From Gemmatimonadota bacterium (GTDB taxonomy: Bacteria; Gemmatimonadota; Gemmatimonadetes; Longimicrobiales; RSA9): a stretch of 14,251 nucleotides of DNA. Each line of letters opens with the position of its first letter. The first letter of the stretch is position 1. The notes under the pieces are model-generated. The model was given only the letters and a program-made list of their open reading frames with translations. It was not told where the DNA came from and did no database searches. Both the position numbers and the translations under genes were made by a program. The DNA is taken from contig JBBDRO010000115.1 in assembly GCA_040905425.1 (NCBI GenBank), positions 1-14,251 of the forward strand, written 5' to 3'. Positions 5,390 through 13,040 of the stretch are shown one piece after another.

Positions 5390-7137
5390 ACTGGCTCCTG
5401 CAGAACGCCGTCCTGGCCACGGCGGCGGCGCTCACGCTGCTGGCCGTGCTGCGGCGGTGGCGGCCGGCGCCCGGGGTGGAGCACCTCCTCTGGCTGGCGC
5501 TGGCGGTGAAGTTCCTCCTGCCGCCGGTAGCGCCCCTCTACCTGCCGGTGCTAAGCGACGTCCCCGCGCCGGCCGCCGTCCTCCTCCCCACCGTCCCCGC
5601 GGCCTCTCCTTCGGGGGGCCCGGACCCGTCCGCCGCAGCGGCGGGGCGCCCTCCGGCCGGCGCGACCGGGACGCCGCGAGGCGCTGGCGCGCCTCCCACG
5701 CGCCGTACGGTCGTGCTGATGCTGGCCCTCGTCTGGCTGGCTGGCGCCGTGGTGGTGGCGTTCCGCACGGGTGCCGGCTGGCTGCGCTGGCGGCGGGGCC
5801 GCCGCCCCGGCCCGGCGCCAGCGGCGCTCGCGGCCCTGGTGCGTGAGGTGGCCGCGGAGATGGGTGTGCGCCCGCCCGCCGTGGTGCTGGACCGTGCGCT
5901 GGCCGCACCGCTGGTGGCGGGGCTGTTCCGTCCGCGGCTCCACTGGCCGGCCCGCCTGCTGGGCGCCCTCCCGGACGCCCGCGCCCGCACGGTGGTGGCC
6001 CACGAGCTGGCGCACCTCCGCCGCCGCGACCTGTGGAGCGGCCCCGTCGAGCTAGCGGGCGGTGTGGTGTGGTGGTGGAATCCGGGGTGGCACCTGGTGC
6101 GGCGGCGCCTGCGGGACGCGGCCGAGCGGGCGTGCGACGCGGCCGTGGTGCGCCGCTACCCCGGACAACGACGCGCCTATGCCGAGGCGCTCCTGGACGT
6201 GGCGGCCCGCGGCGCCGCGGGCGCCCGGCCGGCGCTGGCGCTGGGGGTGGACGGGCCGGGGCCGCTGCGGCGTCGGCTGCGGGAGATCCTGCGGCCAGCG
6301 GCGCGGCCGGCGTCCCGGCGCGGCTGGCTCGCGGTGCTCCTCGTGGCGGTGGCGGTGCTCCCGGCGTGGCGCCTGGCACCGCCGCCGGTAGGGGCTGATG
6401 CCGCAGGGGCGCCTGCGGCGCAGGCGGACGTGGTGGCGGCGCTGGCCCGGGCGGCGGCGGATCCCGCGGCCACGGTGCGCCGGGTGGCGGCCAACGGCCT
6501 CCGCGACATCGGCGGCGCGGCGGCCGAGGCGGTGCTGCGGCGCCTGCTCGACGATCCGGACGACAACGTGCGGCGCGTGGCGCGGGTGGGGCTCGGCCTC
6601 GAGCCACCCGCCCCCAACAAGGTCTTCCCCGAGGGCGGGCGCCCGGCGCCGCCCCCGGCGGACACCCTGACCGCCATCCGCGCGCGGCTGTCCCGCGGGG
6701 ACGATGACGCCCGCCTGCGCGCCGCATGGAAGCTCGGCAACCTGCGTGACGACCGCGCGCTGGACGCCCTCGCGGCCGCCCTCGGTGACCCGGACTTCCA
6801 CGTGCGGCAGGCGGCGGCGGATGCCCTCGGCAACGTGGGCAGTGCCCGGGCGGCGCCGGCCCTGGTGGCCGCGCTCCAGGACCGCCACCCGCGCGTGCGC
6901 CAGAGCGCGGCCAGCGCGCTGGGCAACGTGCAGGCGCCGGAGGCCGCGCCGCGGCTGGTGCCACTCCTGTCGGATGCCGATGCCCACGTCCGCGGGGCCG
7001 CTGCCTACGCCATCGGCCACACGGGCGGCCGCGCGCAGGTCGGCGCGCTGGCCGGTGCCCTGGAGGATCCCGCCGAGCACGTGCGCATGGCGGCGGCGAG
7101 TGCCCTTGGCGCCCTCGGGCGCGGGAGGACGCCGTGA
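5386..7137 (+). CDS. BlaR1-like M56 family membrane zinc metallopeptidase with C-terminal HEAT repeats
   Basis: GTG at 5386 overlaps the repressor TGA (GTGA), with GGAGG at 5376-5380. Three N-terminal hydrophobic segments; M56 motifs PLVAGLFRPRL, AHELAHLRRRD (HExxH), WWWNPG, ERACD, YAEALL and LRRRL; a fourth TM (GWLAVLLVAVAVLPAW); then seven ~31-aa HEAT_2/PBS-type repeats (L...L.D....VR..AA.ALG). Confidence 0.93.
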   Translation: MNWLLQNAVLATAAALTLLAVLRRWRPAPGVEHLLWLALAVKFLLPPVAPLYLPVLSDVPAPAAVLLPTVPAASPSGGPDPSAAAAGRPPAGATGTPRGAGAPPTRRTVVLMLALVWLAGAVVVAFRTGAGWLRWRRGRRPGPAPAALAALVREVAAEMGVRPPAVVLDRALAAPLVAGLFRPRLHWPARLLGALPDARARTVVAHELAHLRRRDLWSGPVELAGGVVWWWNPGWHLVRRRLRDAAERACDAAVVRRYPGQRRAYAEALLDVAARGAAGARPALALGVDGPGPLRRRLREILRPAARPASRRGWLAVLLVAVAVLPAWRLAPPPVGADAAGAPAAQADVVAALARAAADPAATVRRVAANGLRDIGGAAAEAVLRRLLDDPDDNVRRVARVGLGLEPPAPNKVFPEGGRPAPPPADTLTAIRARLSRGDDDARLRAAWKLGNLRDDRALDALAAALGDPDFHVRQAAADALGNVGSARAAPALVAALQDRHPRVRQSAASALGNVQAPEAAPRLVPLLSDADAHVRGAAAYAIGHTGGRAQVGALAGALEDPAEHVRMAAASALGALGRGRTP

Positions 7138-8945
7138 GCGTCCGGACCAAGGCGTGGGCCGCGGCCGCGGCGCTGGTGTTCATCCCCGCCGCTCCCCTGG
7201 CGGCGCAGGATGCGCCGCCCCCCGCCTGCGCCTGGCTGGACCCGGCCGTGGCGCTGGACACGGCGGCCGTCCACCGGTACGCGCTCACCCTCCTCGAGGT
7301 GCCGGACGGGGCGGCGCGGGAGGCGGCGGCGCGGGCGCTGGGCCGGGCATCGTCGCTTCCATCCGGAGCGGAGGGTGACGTGGGGCCGGTGAAGAGCGCC
7401 CGGCAGGCGCTCGAGATTACCATCAACGATCCGGCGCAGGGGGTGCGTATGGCCGCAGCGTGCGCCCTGGGCCGCCACGGGCAGGCGAGCGCATTGACCC
7501 TGCTGGAGGGCCGCCGCCGGACGGCGCCGCCCGCGTTGATCCAGGCCATCGACTGGGCCCTGGCCGCCATCCGCTCCCGGAGCGCCCCTGCGCTGCTCCT
7601 CCGGGGGGCCACGGTGGTGGACGGCACCGGGGCGGCGCCGCGGTCGCACACCTCCGTGCTCGTGGAGGGCCGGATCATCACCCGTGTGGGTCCGGACGGC
7701 TCCTTTCCCGTGCCGGCGGCCGCCCGCATCGTGGACGCCACGGGGCGCTGGGTGACGCCCGGCCTCTGGGACATGCACGTGCACCTGGAGAAGGCGGGGG
7801 CCGCGGCGCTCGCCCTGTTCGTGGGCAGCGGCGTGACGTCGGTGCGGGATATGGGTGGGGACCCGGCCTGGCTCCTGGCGCTGCGGCGGGAGGTGGCGGC
7901 GGGGGCGCGGGTGGGGCCCCGCATCGTGACGCCGGGGCCCATGCTGGAGGCGCCCGCCACGCTGAAGCGCATGGCCGGCCTGCCCACACGGGAGCCGTGG
8001 CGGCGGACGCGCGTGGCCGTGCCCGGGCCGGAGGCGGCGGCCGGCGTGGTGGACTCGGTGGCGGCGCTCGGGGTGGACTTCATCAAGATCCGCGAGTCCG
8101 TGGATCTGGCCACGTACCGGGCGGTGGTGACGGCGGCCCGCGAGCGCGGCCTGAAGGTGGCCGGCCATGCGCCCTTCGAGATGGACCCGCGCGCGGGCGC
8201 GCGCCTGGGCCTGGCCACCTTCGAGCACGCCTCCTATCCCTACCCGCTGGACACCGTGCCCCGCGCCCGGGCGGAGGTGCTCCGGGCCTTCCGCGAGGGG
8301 GGCACCGCCATCGTGCCCACCATGGTGGCGTGGTTCACCAACCTCATGCACCCCGACTCGGTCCGGCTCCTCATGGCCGACACCGAGGGGGCACGGGATC
8401 CGCGCCGACCGCTGCTGGCCCCGACGCTCGTGGAGGAGTGGGGCTATGACCTGCTGGACCGGGAGCCCATGGGCGCCGCCACGCTCCGGGGGTGGTGCGG
8501 CTTCGTGAATCGGACGCTGGTGGACCTGGCCGCCATGCACCGCGCCGGCGTGCCGGTGCTGCCGGGGACGGACCTGGCGGGGGTGGGGCTCTTCCCCGGC
8601 TGGTCGCTCCACGACGAGCTGGAGCTCCTGGTCGAGGGAGGTGTGCTCACGCCCGCCGAGGCGCTCCGGGCCGCCACCGCGGAGGCCGCCCGGCACGCGG
8701 GGCGGGGGCAGGAGGTGGGCACGGTGGCGCCGGGCAAGCGGGCGGACCTCCTCCTCCTCCGCGCCGACCCCACCGCCGACGTGGGTGCGCTACGGGAGCT
8801 GGACGGGCTGGTGCTGGCTGGGACGGTGCTGGACGGGGCGCGGCTGGCGGAGCTCCGGGGCGGGGTGCCGCTGGCGCGGCCGGCGGGGGTGGGGCTGCTG
8901 CCGGGGGTGGCGGAGGCGGGGTGCGGGCCACAGTCCGGCCGCTGA
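7134..8945 (+). CDS. Exported metal-dependent amidohydrolase-superfamily enzyme with N-terminal HEAT repeats
   Basis: GTG overlaps the upstream TGA (GTGA 7134-7137), with GGAGG at 7124-7128. Signal peptide ...IPAAPLAA|QD; HEAT-like repeats (AREAAARALG; DPAQGVRMAAACALG); amidohydrolase motifs GATVVDGTG, DATGRWVTPGLWDMHVH, GVTSVRDMG, VDFIK, VAGH, FEH, PGTD and GTVAPGKRADL. Confidence 0.92.
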   Translation: MSVRTKAWAAAAALVFIPAAPLAAQDAPPPACAWLDPAVALDTAAVHRYALTLLEVPDGAAREAAARALGRASSLPSGAEGDVGPVKSARQALEITINDPAQGVRMAAACALGRHGQASALTLLEGRRRTAPPALIQAIDWALAAIRSRSAPALLLRGATVVDGTGAAPRSHTSVLVEGRIITRVGPDGSFPVPAAARIVDATGRWVTPGLWDMHVHLEKAGAAALALFVGSGVTSVRDMGGDPAWLLALRREVAAGARVGPRIVTPGPMLEAPATLKRMAGLPTREPWRRTRVAVPGPEAAAGVVDSVAALGVDFIKIRESVDLATYRAVVTAARERGLKVAGHAPFEMDPRAGARLGLATFEHASYPYPLDTVPRARAEVLRAFREGGTAIVPTMVAWFTNLMHPDSVRLLMADTEGARDPRRPLLAPTLVEEWGYDLLDREPMGAATLRGWCGFVNRTLVDLAAMHRAGVPVLPGTDLAGVGLFPGWSLHDELELLVEGGVLTPAEALRAATAEAARHAGRGQEVGTVAPGKRADLLLLRADPTADVGALRELDGLVLAGTVLDGARLAELRGGVPLARPAGVGLLPGVAEAGCGPQSGR

Positions 8946-9116
8946 ATACCGCGGAGCGCCTGACCACCGCGTCGTCTGGCCACGTACGGCATTCCCCCAC
9001 AAATGCCGCGGGCTTTCCCGGATGGCCCCGGCACGCGCCGGCGGCCAACGTGAGGCATCCCCACCCGCCCGTGCGCGCCGCGGGCGGCCGTGTGCCCATC
9101 CTCGCGGGAGGCTCCC

Positions 9117-10109
9117 ATGCTCATTGCTCCGCGTCCGCTCCCCCGCCGGGCGTTCGTGCGCACTACCGCCCTGGGCCTGGCTGCCCTTCCGTTCCTTGAC
9201 CTGGGGGAGGCGGCAGGGCTCTGGGCGGCGCCGCGCCACCGGGTAGCGCTGGTGCGGACCGGCGACCGGCGGCAGGGGGTCCGCCAGGCGCTCAGGCTCC
9301 TGGACCTCGCGCCGGTGGCGGGGCGCAGGGTAGTGGTGAAGCCCAACTTCAACAGCGCCGATGGCGGGCCCGCGTCCACCCACAATGACACGCTCGCCCA
9401 GCTCGTGGCCGAACTGCACGAACGGGACGCCCGCAGCATCACGCTGGGGGAGTCCAGCGGGCCGTCCGTGACCCGGAGCGTTATGGAGAGGAAGGGGGTC
9501 TTCGACCTGGCCGCCGCCGAGCGCTTCGAGGTGGTCAACTTCGACGAGATGCCTGAGGACGGCTGGGTCCCGCGCACCGGCGAGCACTGGCCCGAGGGGT
9601 TCCACCTGCCCCGCCTGGTCACGGACGCCGAGTACCTGGTCTCCACCTGCTGCCTGAAGACCCACGGCTCCGGCGGCGTGTTCACCATGTCGCTGAAGCT
9701 CGCCGTGGGCCTCACGCCGAAGCCCATCCGCCGGGGCATGCACCGCTCACCGGACATGCGCCGCATGATCGCCGAGCTGAACGGCGGCTACACGCCGCAG
9801 CTCGTGGTGCTGGACGGCGTGGAAGCGTTCACGGACGGGGGCCCCTCGCGCGGCGAGCTGAAGCGGGGTGACGTGGTGGTGGCGGGGCACGACCGGGTGG
9901 CCGTGGACGCCGTGGGCGTGGCCATCCTGAAGGAGCTGGGCGCCAACGCCGCCATCATGGAGCGGCCCATCTTCCAGCAGGAGCAGCTGGCCCGCGCCGT
10001 GGAGCTGGAGCTGGGGGCCACGGGTCCCGCCGACATCGAGATCGTGACGGGCGACGACGCCAGCCGGACCTACGCGGACCGGGTGGAGGGGATCCTGGCG
10101 CAGGGCTGA
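9117..10109 (+). CDS. DUF362 domain protein with Tat-type signal peptide
   Basis: ATG at 9117 with GGAGG at 9107-9111. N-terminus PRRAFVRTTALGLAALP (twin-arginine). DUF362-like motifs VVVKPNFNSAD, STH, LKTH, FTMSLKLAVG and DRVAVDAVG. Confidence 0.87.
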   Translation: MLIAPRPLPRRAFVRTTALGLAALPFLDLGEAAGLWAAPRHRVALVRTGDRRQGVRQALRLLDLAPVAGRRVVVKPNFNSADGGPASTHNDTLAQLVAELHERDARSITLGESSGPSVTRSVMERKGVFDLAAAERFEVVNFDEMPEDGWVPRTGEHWPEGFHLPRLVTDAEYLVSTCCLKTHGSGGVFTMSLKLAVGLTPKPIRRGMHRSPDMRRMIAELNGGYTPQLVVLDGVEAFTDGGPSRGELKRGDVVVAGHDRVAVDAVGVAILKELGANAAIMERPIFQQEQLARAVELELGATGPADIEIVTGDDASRTYADRVEGILAQG

Positions 10110-10141
10110 GCGCCCGAACGACGAGGCTCACGATTCCGGAC

Positions 10142-11416
10142 TCATGATCCCGGCTGCACGAGGGGGTAGCGGCGCACGAAGGGCACGTCGTAGTCATCCT
10201 TCCAGACGCCCAGCACCCAGGCCTCGCCGATCTCGTGGACGGTGAAGCGGGGCGGCATGTCCACGTTGCCCAGCCAGCGGCCGTCAGGGCGGAAGACCAT
10301 CCAGGTGCTGGGCTCTTCCCCCTGCTCCGGGGCGGGCACGCCGCGGGCAAAGCTCGCGTAGTCGTAGAAGGCGACCGCATCCACGTGGTCGTGGCGCCGT
10401 GCCCAGATGTTGCCGGCGGGGTCGATACGCAGCTCCGCGAACAGCGGATAGGGCTTCCCAAGGGCCTCCTCGAGGCGCTCTTCCATGCGCAGGCGCTCCT
10501 GCCCGTTCCCACGCAAGAGATTCATGACGTAATCTTCGAAGCGACGTACGTCCTCTCCATCCACCACCCGGGCCGCACCTGCCACGCGGATCACCATGCG
10601 CACTGGACCGGCCGCGTCGCGCAGCCGGATGTCCGGTTCGAAGCTGGTGGCCAGCACACCCTGGCCCATCCCCATGGCCAGACCGCGGCCGAAGAGCGCC
10701 CAGGAACTGCCCAGCCCCCCATGGCCCTCCGGAGAACTCCACGCGTACTCACGCTCCCGATCCGGGAGCGTGTCCACGTGCGCCAGGAGCTGGCCATCCA
10801 GGTCGTACCAGCCGAGTACGGCCTTCGTGATGTGGATCCCCGGCTCGGTGGGACGCTCCCCGGCGCCCCCGAGCCCCAGGAAGCGCCCCTCCGTGCACCC
10901 CGCAACCCGCCAGGTGTCCAGGGGCACATCGCGCACGTACGTCCCGGGGGCGGCGAACGCCGCGAAGTGCCGGTCCACCCGCACGTAGACCGTGTCCGCC
11001 CCGCAGGCAAAGGACTCCCGGGTGGTGGTCGGCCGGGCGGGGAACTCGCCCGGGCCGCTCCCCGTGCGGCCGGCCAGACCGAGGAAGCGCCCGTCCTCCG
11101 CGAAGAAGAAGACCCCCGGCGCCCACGGGTCATAGACGGCCAGGGCGCCGCTGCCCAGCGCGTGCACGCCCGCCACGGCGGCGAAGGGAACCACGGCATG
11201 CCCGACCATGGCCTGGCCGATCTCCAGCTCCGGGGCGTCGGCCAGGCGCCAGCGCGCGGCCTCCGTCCAGAGCGGCGCGGCGTTCACCGCCACGCGCACC
11301 CCGGCGCTGTCCGTCACGGTGAAGGCGTTGCCCGGCGCGACGTCTTCCGCCGCGCCGCACGCGGTGAGGGCCGCCACCAGGACGAGCGGGACGAGGTCGG
11401 CCGGGCAGGAACGCAT
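10142..11416 (-). CDS. Putative 6-bladed beta-propeller (TolB/NHL-like) lipoprotein, paralogue 1
   Basis: Start taken at MRSCPADLVPLVLVAALTA|C (lipobox), 26 codons inside the 450-aa ORF. Motifs TDSAGVRV, PELEIG, GRTGSGPGEF, WMVFRPDGRWLG and DDYDVPFVRRY are shared with the two neighbouring genes. Confidence 0.82.
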   Translation of the reverse strand: MRSCPADLVPLVLVAALTACGAAEDVAPGNAFTVTDSAGVRVAVNAAPLWTEAARWRLADAPELEIGQAMVGHAVVPFAAVAGVHALGSGALAVYDPWAPGVFFFAEDGRFLGLAGRTGSGPGEFPARPTTTRESFACGADTVYVRVDRHFAAFAAPGTYVRDVPLDTWRVAGCTEGRFLGLGGAGERPTEPGIHITKAVLGWYDLDGQLLAHVDTLPDREREYAWSSPEGHGGLGSSWALFGRGLAMGMGQGVLATSFEPDIRLRDAAGPVRMVIRVAGAARVVDGEDVRRFEDYVMNLLRGNGQERLRMEERLEEALGKPYPLFAELRIDPAGNIWARRHDHVDAVAFYDYASFARGVPAPEQGEEPSTWMVFRPDGRWLGNVDMPPRFTVHEIGEAWVLGVWKDDYDVPFVRRYPLVQPGS

Positions 11417-11521
11417 GCGTCCGCGGTTCGAGGGTGGATGAGGGACGTCGCCTAACGAAACCTGCGGCGGTGGCTGGCGGGGCGCCCAACCCACACATGC
11501 CCCGCTCCCCGCCGCGCCAAT

Positions 11522-12727
11522 TCAGCCCCCGCGCCGCTCGAGGCCGTGGCGCCTGACGTACTCCACGCCGAGTTCGTCCCTCCACCGGCCGAGGACGTAA
11601 TCCTCACCGATCTCGTGCACCTCGAGATCCTTCGGCAGCTCGACCACGCCCCGCGCTCGACCACGCTCATCGAACACGAGCCACGCCGACGGCTGGCCGT
11701 CGTCAACGCGAAAGAGCTCCGCCCAGATCCACCCGAGGCGGTCCACCAACAGCGCCTGGAATGCCGGCACTACCTCCGGCAGTCCCATGAGCTCGTAGGC
11801 CTCTTTCTGGCTGGCCGCGTGCTCCCCGTATCGCTCCACATACAGCTCCAGCGCCTCGTCCGGCGTGTACCGCGGCGGAGCCTCGACGCGGAAGATTGCC
11901 GTCAACCGCCCGTCGGGATCGAATTGTCTGAGTTCGAACAGCGGGTGGCCTTCGAGGATCAACCCGTTCGCCCCGGCGGCGGCCAGGTTCCGCTGCTGGA
12001 ACGGGCTCAGCATCAAGAGCGACATCGTTCCTGTCTCGCTGTACCTGAGACTACGACCCCAGCGCACGCTGAGCGTGTCGGTGACATCGCTGGCCAGATC
12101 GATCCAGCGCGCCCGGATGGGCCCATCACACGGTTCGTTGACCGCGCAGAGTGTGCCGCTGGCCGAGGTGAATAGAGCCCTCGAGCCAACGGACGCTCGC
12201 GGCGTACCGCCGGCAACGTCACGCGGGGCAAGTGTCCGTGCGCCGGACCCGTCGCTGGCCACCAGCGTGAACCTCCGCTCGCGCCGATCGAAGACCATGA
12301 GCGAGTCGCTCTGGAACCGCCGGACGAGGAGAGGGCTGCGAAATTCCCCCGGCCCGGAGCCTGGCCCGCCGGAGGTCCGTACGTGCTGGCCGGAGGCATC
12401 GAACCAGCGCAGCTCCTGGCTGCCGCCGTCCACTACGACAAAGCCGCCGCCGCCGACGCCACCGATTCCGCTGATGGATGTGAACTGCGTGGCCAGGTCA
12501 GCGTCGTCCCGGCCCAGCTCGAGATCCGGCACCGTATCGACCCGCCAGGGCAGGGCGGCCTCGAGCACCGTACCCGGTGACTCCACGATGCGGACGCCCG
12601 CGCTGTCCGTCTCCGTGACGGCGCTAAGATGCGGCGGCTCCTGATCGTTGCCGTCCCGCGTACAGGACGCGAGTATGGCCAGGACGAGGAGCGCGGTCGT
12701 GGACCAGGTGGTTATCCTGATTGTCAT
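11522..12727 (-). CDS. Putative 6-bladed beta-propeller (TolB/NHL-like) lipoprotein, paralogue 2
   Basis: 401 aa with a GGAGG SD. Lipoprotein signal MTIRITTWSTTALLVLAILAS|C. Motifs TDSAGVRIVES, PDLELG, GGPGSGPGEF, WLVFDERG and DELGVEYVRRH. Confidence 0.87.
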   Translation of the reverse strand: MTIRITTWSTTALLVLAILASCTRDGNDQEPPHLSAVTETDSAGVRIVESPGTVLEAALPWRVDTVPDLELGRDDADLATQFTSISGIGGVGGGGFVVVDGGSQELRWFDASGQHVRTSGGPGSGPGEFRSPLLVRRFQSDSLMVFDRRERRFTLVASDGSGARTLAPRDVAGGTPRASVGSRALFTSASGTLCAVNEPCDGPIRARWIDLASDVTDTLSVRWGRSLRYSETGTMSLLMLSPFQQRNLAAAGANGLILEGHPLFELRQFDPDGRLTAIFRVEAPPRYTPDEALELYVERYGEHAASQKEAYELMGLPEVVPAFQALLVDRLGWIWAELFRVDDGQPSAWLVFDERGRARGVVELPKDLEVHEIGEDYVLGRWRDELGVEYVRRHGLERRGG

Positions 12728-13040
12728 CGAGCCTCCAGATCGCTCCAGCGGAGCGATGCAGTATGAGGGAGTTCAGCCAATGTGCGTCGAAGGGAAAGTC
12801 GACACAAGAAACTTCTGGCCGGTCCTGCTGGGAGGCGGGCGAAGCCGCCAGAGCGCGAGGAGGCAGATGAGATCCACCTTACTCCCCAGCATGGGAAACG
12901 GGCCCCCGCACCCGAGGCGTAGACTTCTCTGGTGCGCGATGCCGCTGCTCGCCGTCGTGTCCGGCGCGTGCGCCACGGACGGCCCTGCGGGGGCGGGCGG
13001 CGTGCAGGTGCGGGACAGCGCGGGCGTCCGCATCGTGGAG
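12581..13040. repeat. Perfect 28-bp inverted repeat pair (12581-12608 and 13013-13040)
   Basis: The reverse complement of 12581-12608 is GGACAGCGCGGGCGTCCGCATCGTGGAG, identical to 13013-13040. Identity breaks at the next base on both sides. Both copies encode DSAGVRIVE in frame in the two divergent lipoprotein genes. Confidence 0.9.
12739..12757. promoter_or_regulatory. Perfect 8-3-8 inverted repeat in the divergent intergenic region (operator or RNA hairpin)
   Basis: ATCGCTCC-AGC-GGAGCGAT, 2 nt upstream of the SD of the minus-strand lipoprotein gene. Function not determinable from sequence. Confidence 0.4.

Noticed and set aside
6421..7122. Deoxyhypusine hydroxylase or phycobilin lyase activity for the HEAT repeats
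   Set aside because: The DOHH HE motifs are absent, the repeats follow a TM segment of an M56 peptidase, and there is no phycobiliprotein context.
4982..7137. Beta-lactam resistance locus (blaI/blaR1) or CopY copper regulator
   Set aside because: No penicillin-binding (SxxK) sensor domain or beta-lactamase is present, and the repressor has no Cys at all, so it lacks the CopY CxC motif.
5432..8218. 928-aa minus-strand ORF and the many other long overlapping ORFs (e.g. 7005-8696, 8444-9766, 10235-11455, 3063-3908, 1799-2764)
   Set aside because: Low-complexity Arg/Pro/Ala/Gly translations overlapping genes with clear family motifs; these are expected shadow ORFs at this GC content.
11417..11521. 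GC-rich inverted repeats between lipoprotein paralogues 1 and 2
   Set aside because: Only 7-bp all-GC arms with long loops and no U tract; not distinguishable from chance.
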